A stretch of DNA of 46,782 bases from Nemertoderma westbladi. Its lineage: Eukaryota > Animalia > Xenacoelomorpha. Every line of letters starts with the position of its first letter. Position 1 is the stretch's first letter. Location: assembly GCA_032718475.1 (NCBI GenBank), contig JAUCBJ010006758.1, forward strand, positions 1 through 46,782, written 5' to 3'. The notes under the pieces were generated by a model. The model had not been told where the DNA came from. It was given only the letters and a program-made list of their open reading frames with translations, and did no database searches. Made by a program: the position numbers and the translations under genes. Positions 34,613-45,277 of this stretch are shown one piece after another.

Positions 34613-37600
34613 ATGGCCGACCACAGAACTCCCTCCGAACAGGGCTCGGACGACACTGAACCCGCCATCGACGTTCTCAACCACTTGCGTCAGGAGTTGG
34701 CAAAACGCGACATTGACGCCACTCAACGCGAGGCGGCCGCAGACGCTCGCCTCGATAAACTAACTCAAATGCTGATACACCAGCAGGACAGTGCAGCACG
34801 CGAGCGCGCCGAGGCCAATGCGCAGATCGCGCAACTGATGGGCGCACTCCAATCGGGGGCGGGTGTGACCAATCCCGGCGGGGCCGGTCCGATACAACCC
34901 GCACCGACACATCAACCACAACGCCGCGTTATCGATATCCGCGATCTCGAGAAAATCGATAGCGATGTCGACTTCACCTCGTTCCGTCGGTGGCGAGAGG
35001 CCTGGTGAGTCCACGCACACCGCCAACAAGCATCCACATTCCCACGCGACGAACAGGTTTATTCGCTAATATCCGCAATTGGTCGAGACCTACAACAAAC
35101 TCTCACCGTGACGCTCAACGTCGACATCGACGACGACGCAACCACCGTGGAGACGGTTCTCGACGCCCTCCAGGCGCACCTCTGGTCAAAGCGCAGTATC
35201 GCCATCGATGGAATAAAGTTCCACGACTGGAGACAGGGCCCGAACGAAAACTTCGACTCGTTCCGGATCGCCCTGGAGGAACTCGGCGACGCCGCGGAAC
35301 TTTGCGAACACTGTCGGAATCGACAGATCGTGACGCAGATCCTGGTCGGCATCCGTTCGTCGGAGACCCGCACCGAACTCCTCAAGGTTCTTCCACAACC
35401 TTCCCTCGAGGATTGCGTACGCATCTGCCAATCGATGGAGGCGAGCGAGCGTAACGACTCAATAATCGGGCGTGGGACCCCGGTTACGAAACTCACGTCG
35501 TCGTACAAACGTGGGCGTTCGACCTCCCGGCAAACCCCACCTCCGCCCCAACACGCATCTAATGCCTCCGGAGTATGCCGAAACTGTGGGCGCAGTCACC
35601 CTCCGGGAAAGAGTAACTGCCCCACCAAAGACACGAAATGCCATAACTGTGGAAAGTGGGGCCACCTCCAGGCAGTCTGTCGTTCCGACTCGGTACATAA
35701 ACCCAGTTCCAGGGGCGGCAAAGGAACGGGTAAACCCGCCTCGAGAGTGAACACGATCACGGGCGGTGGACCGATAAACTCAATAACATTCGCCTGCGAC
35801 CTCCCCCGCATCGAGGTCGAGGTGCGCGGCGTGGACGATGATGACGTATGCGGAATCATACGCAATGTCCTCGCGGATAGCGGCGCTGCAGCCACCGTGC
35901 TAAGCCAGGAGATTTTCTACCGGATGGGTGGCTGCAACCAGGACCTTACTCCTCACCCCACTGCGGATCTACGCGCCGCCAACGACCTTCCACTGGAGAT
36001 AATGGGAGTTTTTGCTGCCTGAGTTTTCTTCGCAGGAAACTCGGCGATCGTGAACATCGGCGTCTCCCTGGAAGTCGACGGACTCATCCTCTCCTTCCGG
36101 TCACTCGTCGATCTCAAACTCCTCCACCCCAACTTCCCTCATCCCATCGCCTCTGTAGCATCTGTAACCGATCCTACGGCACATTTACGCGCGAACCTCC
36201 TCAACGAATTCGCCGATGTATTCGACGACACCGATCGACCGCTCGGTACGATGGCCGGCGAGCCGATGCACGTTGAGTTGAAGGAAGGCACCACCCCGTT
36301 CCACGCAAACGGCGCGAGGCCTATACCATTTGCGCTACGGGACGAGGTGCGCGCCCACCTGGACGAGATGGAACGACGGGAAGTCATCGAGCGGGTCACC
36401 GAACCTACTGACTGGGCCCACCCGCTCACTGTCGCTCGCAAACCCAATGGGAAACTCCGGGTTTGCGTCGACCTCCACCACCTGAACGACCAGGTTAAGC
36501 GGCCGTATTACCCCACCCCGAGCCCGCGGGTGGCGGTTACCGGGATATCCACGACTGCTAAGATATTCTCGGTATTTGACGCCGCCGCCGGCTATTGGCC
36601 CCCCTCGACCCAGCATCCCAACTCCTCACCACTTTTGTAACCCCCTGGGGATGGTATAAGTATAGGAGGGGCGTAATGGGACTCATATCGAGTGGGGACG
36701 AATTCAATCGCCGGGGCGACGACGCATTGCGTGGACTTCCCGGTATGGTGAAAGTCGTCGACGACGTCCTTCTATACGACGACAACCTGGACGACCACAT
36801 CGCCAGTGTCCGACGGTTCCTCACACGATGCCGTACAGCCGGCATCTCACTCAACCCTGACAAAATACAACTCGCCCAACCCAAAATTAAGTTTGCAGGC
36901 TACATTGCCGGGGCCGACGGCATCCAGGCAGACCCATCCAAGGTCCGCGCCATAACGGATTTCCCTCGACCAACCAACATTACAGACTTGAGGAGCTTTG
37001 TTGGGTTGGTCGAGCAACTCACCCCATTTTCTACAGACATCTCAGCTACGATGTCCCCCCTGCGCCCCCTCCTCCGTTCCAGGAATCCATACGAGTGGAA
37101 CTCTGACCACGAGGCGGCATTCGAGGCGACCAAACGCACACTCGTCTCCCCACCCATCCTCGCTTCCTTCGATCCGGAGCTCGACACTAAGCTCGAGACT
37201 GACGCCTCAAGGAAGAACGGGTTGGGATACGCGCTACTTCAGCGGCACGGGACCGACTGGAGGTTGGTAGAATGCGGTTCACGGTTTATTTCGGAAACCG
37301 AGTCGCGCTATGCGATGGTGGAGCTGGAGCTCCTCGCTGTTGCGTGGGCTGCCCACAAGTGCCGCCTCTACCTCGTGGGACTCCCACATTTCACGCTGGT
37401 GGTAGACCACCAGCCCCTGGTGTCCATCCTCGACCGCCAGACGCTGGATGCCAACGACAACTCACGGATCCAGCGACTCAAGTCGAAACTCTCCTCCTTT
37501 GTATTTACTACCATCTGGAGGAGAGGAAAGGATCACCGCATTCCCGATGCTCTGTCCCGCTCCCCTGTCGACGACCCATCCGACGATGATCTTGTTGATG

Positions 37601-38993
37601 ACGGAGACATGGGCCACTACCTATGTGCTGTAACGTCACAGGTGGCTGCAATAATTGTGGGGGACAAACTCGATCCGGATGACGACCACCCCGATCTACT
37701 CCTCCAATCTTTGGCTGCAACGGCTCGGGCCGACTCCGATTACGTCGACCTCCTCGGCGCCGTTCGCACCGGATTCCCGCCGCCGTCCCGCCAACTCCCT
37801 GGTGTCCAACCCTTTTGGTCGTTACGCGATGAACTTTCATCCGACCGCGACCTCGTCCTCTACGGACAATGGATTGTAGTCCCACGGGCCTCCACGCCGC
37901 ACACCAAGGAGTCGAGAAGACGCTACGTCGCGCCCGCCAGACAGTGTACTGGCCTGGACTGACAAATGACGTTCGGACCACCGTCGAGTCCTGTGAGCCC
38001 TGCCTCACTCGACGCCCCAGCCTCGTGAAGGAACCCATGCTACGGGAGCGCGAGGCCACAAGACCATTCGAGGAAATCTCCGGAGATCTCTTCGCACTCG
38101 ACGGTCACAACTTCCTCGCCATCGCGGATCGTTACTCCGGTTGGCCCGAAGTCTACAAATACGGGAATCCCCCAACCTCTGCTTCTACCGCTACGCATGC
38201 GAGGGACGTATTTACGCGTTTTGGCGCCCCCTTACGTTTCGCTTCCGACGGCGGTCCACAATTTGCTGGAAAGAATTTTACCGACTTCCTCCAGGTCTGG
38301 GGGGTCGATCCCGTCGTATCATCTCCCGAATATCCCCAGAGCAATGGCCACGCGGAGTCTGCCGTGAAGGCACTCAAGGCGTTGCTCACCAAGACCGGGG
38401 GGAAAATGAACTCCGATGCTTTCCAGGAAGGACTCCTAGAACTCAGAAATTCCCCCCGCGCCCATGGAATGTCGCTGGCCCAGATTCTCTTTGGGCACCC
38501 CATACGTTCGCGAGTGCCAATGCACAGCCGCGCTTTCCTCCGGGAACACCAACTGACCCGCGCGGAGCTCGACGAGGCACTGCCCTCGCTCCACGGCACC
38601 CAGATGGCTGCCTACAATCGCGGAGCCAAACCCCTTATTCCATTCGCTGTAGGGGACCCGGTCCGAATTCAAAACCCAGTCTCGAAGCGATGGGACCACA
38701 CTGGGATTGTCACGGAAACAAGACCCAACCGGAAGTACACCGTACGTACCCCTTCCGGTCGATGCCTCACCCGGAACCGCCGCCACCTCATCCGGGACAC
38801 CGCCGCTACCAGCACACGAGAGTGCACCCCACTCACACCAACAGCCATCGGGATACCGAGGGGCAACGGCCCAAGATCACCTGCAACGCCACCGAAGCGC
38901 GTACACTGGGCTGACACTCCCCCCACTCAACAACCCGATCGGCCTTGTAGAGCCTACCCCTCCCGCGTGAGGCGTCCCCCCAACAGATTCTGA
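34613..38993 (+). pseudogene. Disrupted gag-pol (2 CCHC knuckles, protease, RT, RNase H, integrase)
   Basis: CRNCGRSH..C, CHNCGKWGH..C, LADSGA, RVCVD, VVDD, ETDAS, HAAHQG..CEPC, DLF, SDGGPQF, SNGHAE. In-frame TGA at 35006 and 36020, frameshifts near 36600 and 37890. Confidence 0.93.
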
Positions 38994-39028
38994 GAGTTCG
39001 TTGACCCCGCAACGAACTAGAAGGGGGG

Positions 39029-39348
39029 TGTAGTGATACAAACTCGCCACACTACATGGCTCGCCCCATATGCCAGCAGATACTCAGGGACTGCGGTACT
39101 GTAGGGATGACTCACCAGGATTCAGAGACTACGCCCTGACACAGACTCAGGATACCACCGACCGATAGACAGCAGTTAGCTAGTCCAGTAATCCTGTAAT
39201 CAGTACAGTTAGGTCTCCAGTCATAGGGCGCACTGCCAGACAGACGGCCCAGCACAGCATTGTTGTTGTTTGTACTTGTGTGGTCACTACCTGTATATTA
39301 TACGCCCGACATTATTCCGGCTCCACAGTTAGTCGTGACCTCCATACA
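39029..39348 (+). repeat. 3' LTR
   Basis: Matches the 5' LTR, preceded by the PPT and followed by TSD GTACC. Confidence 0.97.
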
Positions 39349-39913
39349 GTACCCAATTGTGCCCACATCCAGATCGATCCGATAACCGATCACGTCGCCT
39401 AGTCCGTATGGTTGTCCAGTCGTCAAAATGCCGCCCGAAACACTTCTTACCGTTTCCTCCGAAGCCAAAACTATTTTTATCAGTCCCGATATCGAGTGTC
39501 GCGCTTCCGGTGCTCCAACCAACCCGGCATGGGCCCTCGCACCTCGTCCTTTACCGTCGCCTCGTAATAGCTGAATAGTAACGAAACGACCGGATCCGAC
39601 TATTCCTTTTCCGTGGGGTACCGTGCCAACTCCTCTGGCCACGCGCATGACACAGCAACCGTCCGGGGAGATGGCCAACTGGTCACCTCTATCGCTCTAT
39701 CGAATGAGTTCAACTGAAATTTCGTAGGCCTAGTTCTTCCCCCCGATTTCCCATCGAGTTTTCCATCTCGGAGTTTGTACCGTAGAGTTTCATGGACCAG
39801 CTGTAGTATCGGGATACAGAATGCCCCGGTCTTCCCGCTTCCGCCGTCATCAGCACAGTCTCCACCGCCCAGGATCAGAGCTGCAGAGGGACAGCCTCAC
39901 CCTGCAAGTTGGT

Positions 39914-40846
39914 ACAAGTCCCTAAAAGGTGCCACCCTGCTCCATAGCGCGGGAAATTCAAATGATTGAAAGACATGTAATTTATACTGGAAAGGGTGGC
40001 AGATCGGATCTACGATCTACCACCTATATTTTGGCGGTAAATTAAAATCTGTTTTAACATAGCAGCATAGAATACGTCTTATAAGACTAATGTAATTCAT
40101 TGAATTCGAATAATTATTTCTAATCAGTTTAATTCACTCATCCGTTATTGTTGTTGTTTTATATCTATTCTGGGGCTTCGAGCAGCACGTGAACAACTAG
40201 TCAACTAAACTGAACTGTTAAGGCCTACTGCACATTCAGTAGCAGTAGCTACTACAGTAAGAAGTTTACAGTATGAAGTATACTGCTCTAGCTCCTTGAC
40301 CTTTTAGTACGTACCCATGTACATTATGCAGCACACTGTGTATAGTTTGTGATGGAAATATGATAATTCTGTAATTTTAATCAATCGCCAAAAATATATC
40401 AATTCACTGCGCCTTTCTATCTATCCACTTGAAATCTACTATTAACATACTAGTGTATACGTGTATAATTGTTATGATTATAATGTTCTATACTTTACGG
40501 TGATAGAAGTTAAGACAAATCCCCCGACCCCCCCCCCCCCCCCTCAATTTTGCTCGATGTCCCATTCTAGTTAACCAGTCAGCTTAGTTGTTCACGTGCT
40601 GCTCGAACAATAACAACAACAATAAGGGATGAGTGAATTAAACCGATAAGAAATAATTTATTCTGATTCAATGAATTACATTAGTCTTACTCTATTCATG
40701 TATTCAATGTTAAAACAGATTTGAATTTACCACCAAAATATTGGTGGCAGATCTGATCTGCCACCTTCTTTAGTACAAATTACATGTCTTTCAATCATTT
40801 GAATTTCCCGCGCTATGGAGCAGGGTGGCACCTTTTAGGGACTTGT
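39914..40846. mobile_element. Foldback/Mutator-like MITE, 933 bp, ~290-bp TIRs
   Basis: ACAAGTCCCTAAAAGGTGCCACC... / ...GGTGGCACCTTTTAGGGACTTGT with a 9-bp TSD CAAGTTGGT at 39905-39913 and 40847-40855. Confidence 0.92.
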
Positions 40847-41142
40847 CAAGTTGGTCGGTAGACTCCATTCCGATTCCAGGACATCCAACGCGCGTCCGAT
40901 TTCCTTCTGAACACCACAGTCAGCTACAGACTGACAGAGCTACGAATGATCCCATACTGTGTACTGCAGTACTGCCATACCTGCATACTGCAGTACTGCC
41001 ATATACAATAGGCCAATACTGCAATAGTCATACTACCAGACTGCGTTCAGTGTTAGGCAAAACAGAAGTAGGCCTAGCCTAAGCAGCTAGGCTTGTACAG
41101 TCTGCAGTCTGACAGTTGTAGCTACAATAATTGCCGAAATGC

Positions 41143-41222
41143 ATCGGATCGGATCGGATCGGATCGGATCGGATCGGATCGGATCGGATCGGATCGGATC
41201 GGATCGGATCGGATCGGATCGG
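41143..41222. repeat. (ATCGG)n microsatellite within the right TIR
   Basis: ~16 copies. A shorter complementary array lies at 31559-31583 in the left TIR. Confidence 0.95.
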
Positions 41223-41893
41223 ACGGCATCTGACTATAAATGCACCCTAACCATCAGAGGCCGGTTTCACTCCCCATCCCATACAAAATCCCCCCCCCCC
41301 CCCCCTCCCCGGTTAAAATTCACTAATGTCTCACTCGCGGCGTGTATTTTTCCTAGTGTATTTTAACCCCCTCCAGTGAAAATTCACCCGGCTGCATTTA
41401 TCAATTTTCACTCTGTGCAAATCCATCCCGCTGTTAAATTCCCCTAGTGTATTCTCACTCCCAGTGTATATTTTTTTGTATATTCTACAGTACTTTACTA
41501 TATACAAATCTCCAGCGTGTGTTTGTCTGTGTACTAGGTGTGTGTGTGTGTGTGGTCGTCTGTTCGCTTAACTGTAGGCTTTTATATTGAACTTTAAAAT
41601 ATCATGGGGTGTAAGAAAAAATATTACACTGAGGGAGAGGGGGGATAATGATAAAAAATGAAGATTCACCCAGTGTAGTGTTTCACCCCCGGTTAAAATA
41701 CCATAGTGAATTCTAACCGGGGGTGAAAATACACTTGTGAATTTTAACCGGGGGTTGAAAATACACTAATAAATTTTAACCGGGGGGGTGAAATTTTAGG
41801 GGGGTGGAAATTCTCAGCTACACCCGGGTGGAATATTTACAAACCATATACAGTCTCATAGATAATTAATTTAACATTAAGGGGGGGGTACAC

Positions 41894-43082
41894 TGTAAAA
41901 GCCTTTGCTGAATTGCCCCGTTATTTTTATTATCTTTTACATTAAAATACTCTGTAGTTGATTTAATAAGTGTAAGAGACCGTATTATTACTGTATCGGT
42001 GTTTTTAGAGGATCTAAGACTTATTTCCTCCGTATGTGTATTGTGAAAGGTATATTTTATGATTCTATGGCAATTCGTGACGCAAAGGAGTGATAGCTAC
42101 TCTTGAACAGTAGTTACTATGACTACGGTTAACAGCTGACATTCATACGTGTTGATTTCCTTTGTTCTACGGCGTCTCTCAGCTCAGTCAGCCAATGAGA
42201 GCGTTTTTGTGGCTCCTTGTACAGAGAATTTCCGAGAAATGACGAAATGCCTATGTGCAGTGTTTATCATTCAGTCTTGAGCCAAAGAAAGAACGGCTTG
42301 AAAGTTTTTGTGCTGTACTGCTTTTTAGTCGTACACTAGTAGGTTTAATTATAAAGGGCATATATCCTTTAACATACAAACGGACTACATACAAAACAAC
42401 TGACTACTTGAATATCTCATGCCTATGTGCACTGACATACCGGTACTGACTTGTCGTTTTATACTGCTATTTGCTGTCAGTTCTTCATAATATGGTTGAT
42501 GAATAATTATATTTGGAATAACGATAAATAACCCCGCAACCCAATATTCTTGATATACCGAAGGTAAGAGAGAAAGGTTACCAATAACGATTGTGACTTA
42601 TGTTAAAGTGGTTTGAAGTGAATCTAATGTTATTTGATAGACCCTACATGAGTCAGCCTGTGTTCCTTTTATATGTGACTAAAATCAGTGAAGATTGGCA
42701 GATTAGTGTGCAGTATTGTGCAGCATTGTGTATGAGTGAGTCTGTTAAAGAAGCAATTCCTAAAGATTGCGCCATATATGTGGATTATAATTAAGCCATA
42801 TCGTTGCGAGTAGTTTAAGTCATAACTCTGTTTATGTAGATAAAGCGCCACGTCCTAAAGGAACTGTTAATATTACCGAAGGTGAATAATATTGTCAGAG
42901 ATTATATAATACTGTCAGTCGAATAATACATTAGGCTTACATAGCAATACAAATTAAACCGTCGAACCCAATCTCCCGGGAATATCCAGCGGGTGAATGG
43001 TCGCGCACGGATTGGTTTCGACTAGTGTAGTGAATCAAATACTTGTCATCGACTAAAAAGCAGATTTATTATCTAGAAGACA
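41894..43082 (+). mobile_element. Candidate 5' LTR of a large LTR retrotransposon extending beyond the window
   Basis: TGT...ACA segment starting just after the duplication homology ends. It contains CCAAT, TATAAA and ATTAAA and is followed within 8 nt by PBS-like TGGCGGG (43091), a long leader and a large ORF. No second LTR is visible. Confidence 0.35.
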
Positions 43083-43400
43083 TTCTAATTTGGCGGGTTA
43101 AACTGCCAAAGGTCTGAAAGCGCGAACATTAAAGGATATAGCTTCTTTATTGCAGTAAGCAATAAAGTCGAAAGTACCGGTCGACCGGTAACCAGTAGGC
43201 CTGACTGCCTGATCATCCGGACCGGTACCTACAGCAGTATTATTCGATTTTGATTATTATATACCAGTAGGCCTTAATAATTAATCAGGGACTGCAGCCC
43301 TGGTTTTTTATTGAGATTTTTACTTATTTCTGTCAAGTTTTATTTGTTTGTAGGCCAGTATTGAACAGAAGGCGTGTAAACCTGATCAGATTGTCCAGAC

Positions 43401-43971
43401 AATTTGTAGGCTGAGCTGTTGTCTGATTGCTGTTAAGTCCGAACGAATTGCAGTGTGTGTAGAGCACTTGTCCGATTAAGTACGGTTAGGAAGTAGGGGC
43501 AGCAACGCTGTAAGGTAAACCCCCAACTAAAGAATAAGTCGCACTACTGGGTTAGAGCGCATACTCCCTAATCATTTCGGAGTCTGCATGTCCTGTAGTT
43601 TATTTAGGCTTGAGAGTAGTCTGCCATCGTTTAGTCTGTACTTTGTTTGTGTAAGTCTGTACGGGTAGCGTATAATTTTATTTAAATAATTTGTAGGCTG
43701 GATAGTTGTCTGGCTGTTATTAAGTCTGAACGGATTGCCGCGTGTGTAGATCATCTGTCCGATTAAGTACGATTAGGCAGTAGGGGCAGCGAACGCAGTG
43801 AGGTAAACCCCCAACTAAAGAATAAGTCGCACTACTGGGTTAGAGCGCATACTCCCTAATCATTTCGGAGTCTGCATATACCGTGGTTTGTTTAGGCTTG
43901 ATAGTAGTCTGTCAGTGTTCGGTCTGTATTTTGTTTGAGTAGTTTGTACGCGTAGCGTAATATTTATTATT
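43401..43971. repeat. Tandem ~288-bp duplication with an invariant ~78-bp core
   Basis: 43401-43688 vs 43689-43971. The core AGGTAAACCCCCAACTAAAG...GGAGTCTGCAT is identical while the flanks carry many substitutions. Confidence 0.9.
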
Positions 43972-45277
43972 CAGAGTTTATGCGATTATTCGCAACATTC
44001 AAGTCCCCAAGTTTGTTCCTACAGTAATTGTGTTTGTTATACATACCGCTATAGTTAAATTAACCTCGGTACTACACGGGCTGCTCGGCGTAGGTAAAGA
44101 CTGGTGATTTTGTGCATCGGTCACTCCAGCAGATGCCGTGGTTCTTTTAGCTGTTCAAGTATATTTAACTACTGATTATTTGTTATACAAGTACTCGTAC
44201 CTAATTTAGGGTTTAGTGTACCGTACTTTCCGAAGTAATTATTGTAGGCATTATATTTGTGTTGTAAAGTGGTTGATAGGCACATTCGATTAGCTCTATT
44301 AACTTCTAGGTAGGAACATTCCGTGATACATAACGTAGAACCTATAGCGATACGGCTATAGGTCGTCAGGCGGTGGTATTTTCCTATCTAGACAACGCAG
44401 TGTATTTACTACTACTTATTATTTCAAATACCGTAGTACCCTGTCCGCTGTAATAATCAGTTTTCTAACCCTTTGTTAGGCTGGTTTGTAGACTTCTTGT
44501 AAAATTACCCTAAAAATTCGTATTTTGCGTTTTTGTAAATTTTTGTGTTTAGTTAGAGATTGTAATCTCAACCCAAATTGTACGTAATTTGTAGTATTAA
44601 GTAACTTAGGTAAATTAGTATTATTTGTTTTAGTGTCCTATACGTAACACTTCATTGAAAGCGCACCGCTTTGTGTAGTGATTACTCCCCAGAAATAATA
44701 ACATTTATTTCAAACATTGACAAAACCCACTAAAACGGGTATATATATATTATAAATCAAATCTAACGATTTATAAATCGTAGGCCTACCATACAACCAT
44801 TAGGTCTCAATATCAGTTGGATTACTGCTCAAATAACGGTAATAAAGTAAGTAAAGTAACAAAGTAACCCTAAAGTAACAGAAATTCAATTATTTGAAAT
44901 AATTGATATACCGGTATTTACGATAGGCCTATTATCTTTATTTCTATAAATCTAGGCTGAAATTATACCGGTACTTGTAATTAATTCTATTTCAGAATTA
45001 TATATCCTACAAACAGTAAGCTGTATACCGGTATTCCGATAGGCCTATTATATATTTATATATATTTGTGCTAAAATTATACCGGTATTCTGTGATAAAC
45101 CTAGTCTGTAATAATAGTTATATATACTATAAGCATACCGGTATCCTTATATATTATATATCACGCTACACTGAGTAGCAGTACCGGTAATTAATTACTA
45201 GGCTAGCAGTTAATACTGAGTTATTAGACTTACTCAGACTGTAATACAGCAGTAGACATTCAACGGTATACATAGTC

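Larger units (their letters stand above)
34177..39348 (+). mobile_element. Full-length Ty3/Gypsy LTR retrotransposon (Mag-like)
   Basis: 320-bp TG...CA LTRs, 5-bp TSD GTACC (34172-34176 and 39349-39353), PBS TGGCGCAG at 34497, PPT AGAAGGGGGG at 39019-39028. Confidence 0.97.
33962..40955 (-). pseudogene. DDX1: Intronless DDX1 5' fragment (Q motif, Walker A, SPRY), split by two insertions
   Basis: After removing the MITE (39914-40846) and Gypsy (34177-39348): MGSF..DCGVQKEIGRALD..EWSLPTNLQGEAVPL.ILGGGD..GSGKTGAFCIPILQLVHETLR..FQLNSFDR.GDQLAISPDG..WHG..YYEATVKDEG.CRVGWST..LDIGTDKNSFGFGGNGKK..GDVIG..DLDVGTI..SKNGSDLGKAF..LKNAE. A DEAD-box motif I followed directly by SPRY is the DDX1 architecture. 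Confidence 0.92.
31527..41249. mobile_element. Non-autonomous TIR element (hAT-like ends) carrying a DDX1 fragment, with nested Gypsy and MITE
   Basis: Inverted repeats at 31527-~31672 and ~41050-41249, each containing (CGATC)n. Right end reads TAGGGTG inward. 8-bp TSD ACCATCAG at 31519-31526 and 41250-41257 (boundary ambiguous by 1-2 nt). The empty site is seen in the duplicate at ~16135-16145. Confidence 0.88.

Noticed and set aside
35006-36022. Programmed stop-codon read-through in the Gypsy element
   Set aside because: The TGAs fall inside gag and inside the protease region rather than at the gag/pol boundary, and real frameshifting deletions are also present.
34460-38970. Numerous overlapping alternative-frame and antisense ORFs within the Gypsy element
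   Set aside because: These are expected from high GC content and show no motifs.
33962-39720. SPRY as the C-terminal PRY-SPRY exon of the TRIM gene
   Set aside because: It lies 5' of the RING on the same strand, is frameshifted, and is contiguous with DDX1 helicase motifs.
41139-41366. ORF with (IGSDR)n repeat
   Set aside because: It is the translation of the (ATCGG)n microsatellite in a TIR.
41877-41893. Kolobok-like terminus (TTAA|GGGGGGGGTACAC)
   Set aside because: Only one end is visible and it cannot be distinguished from a G-run or polypurine tract.
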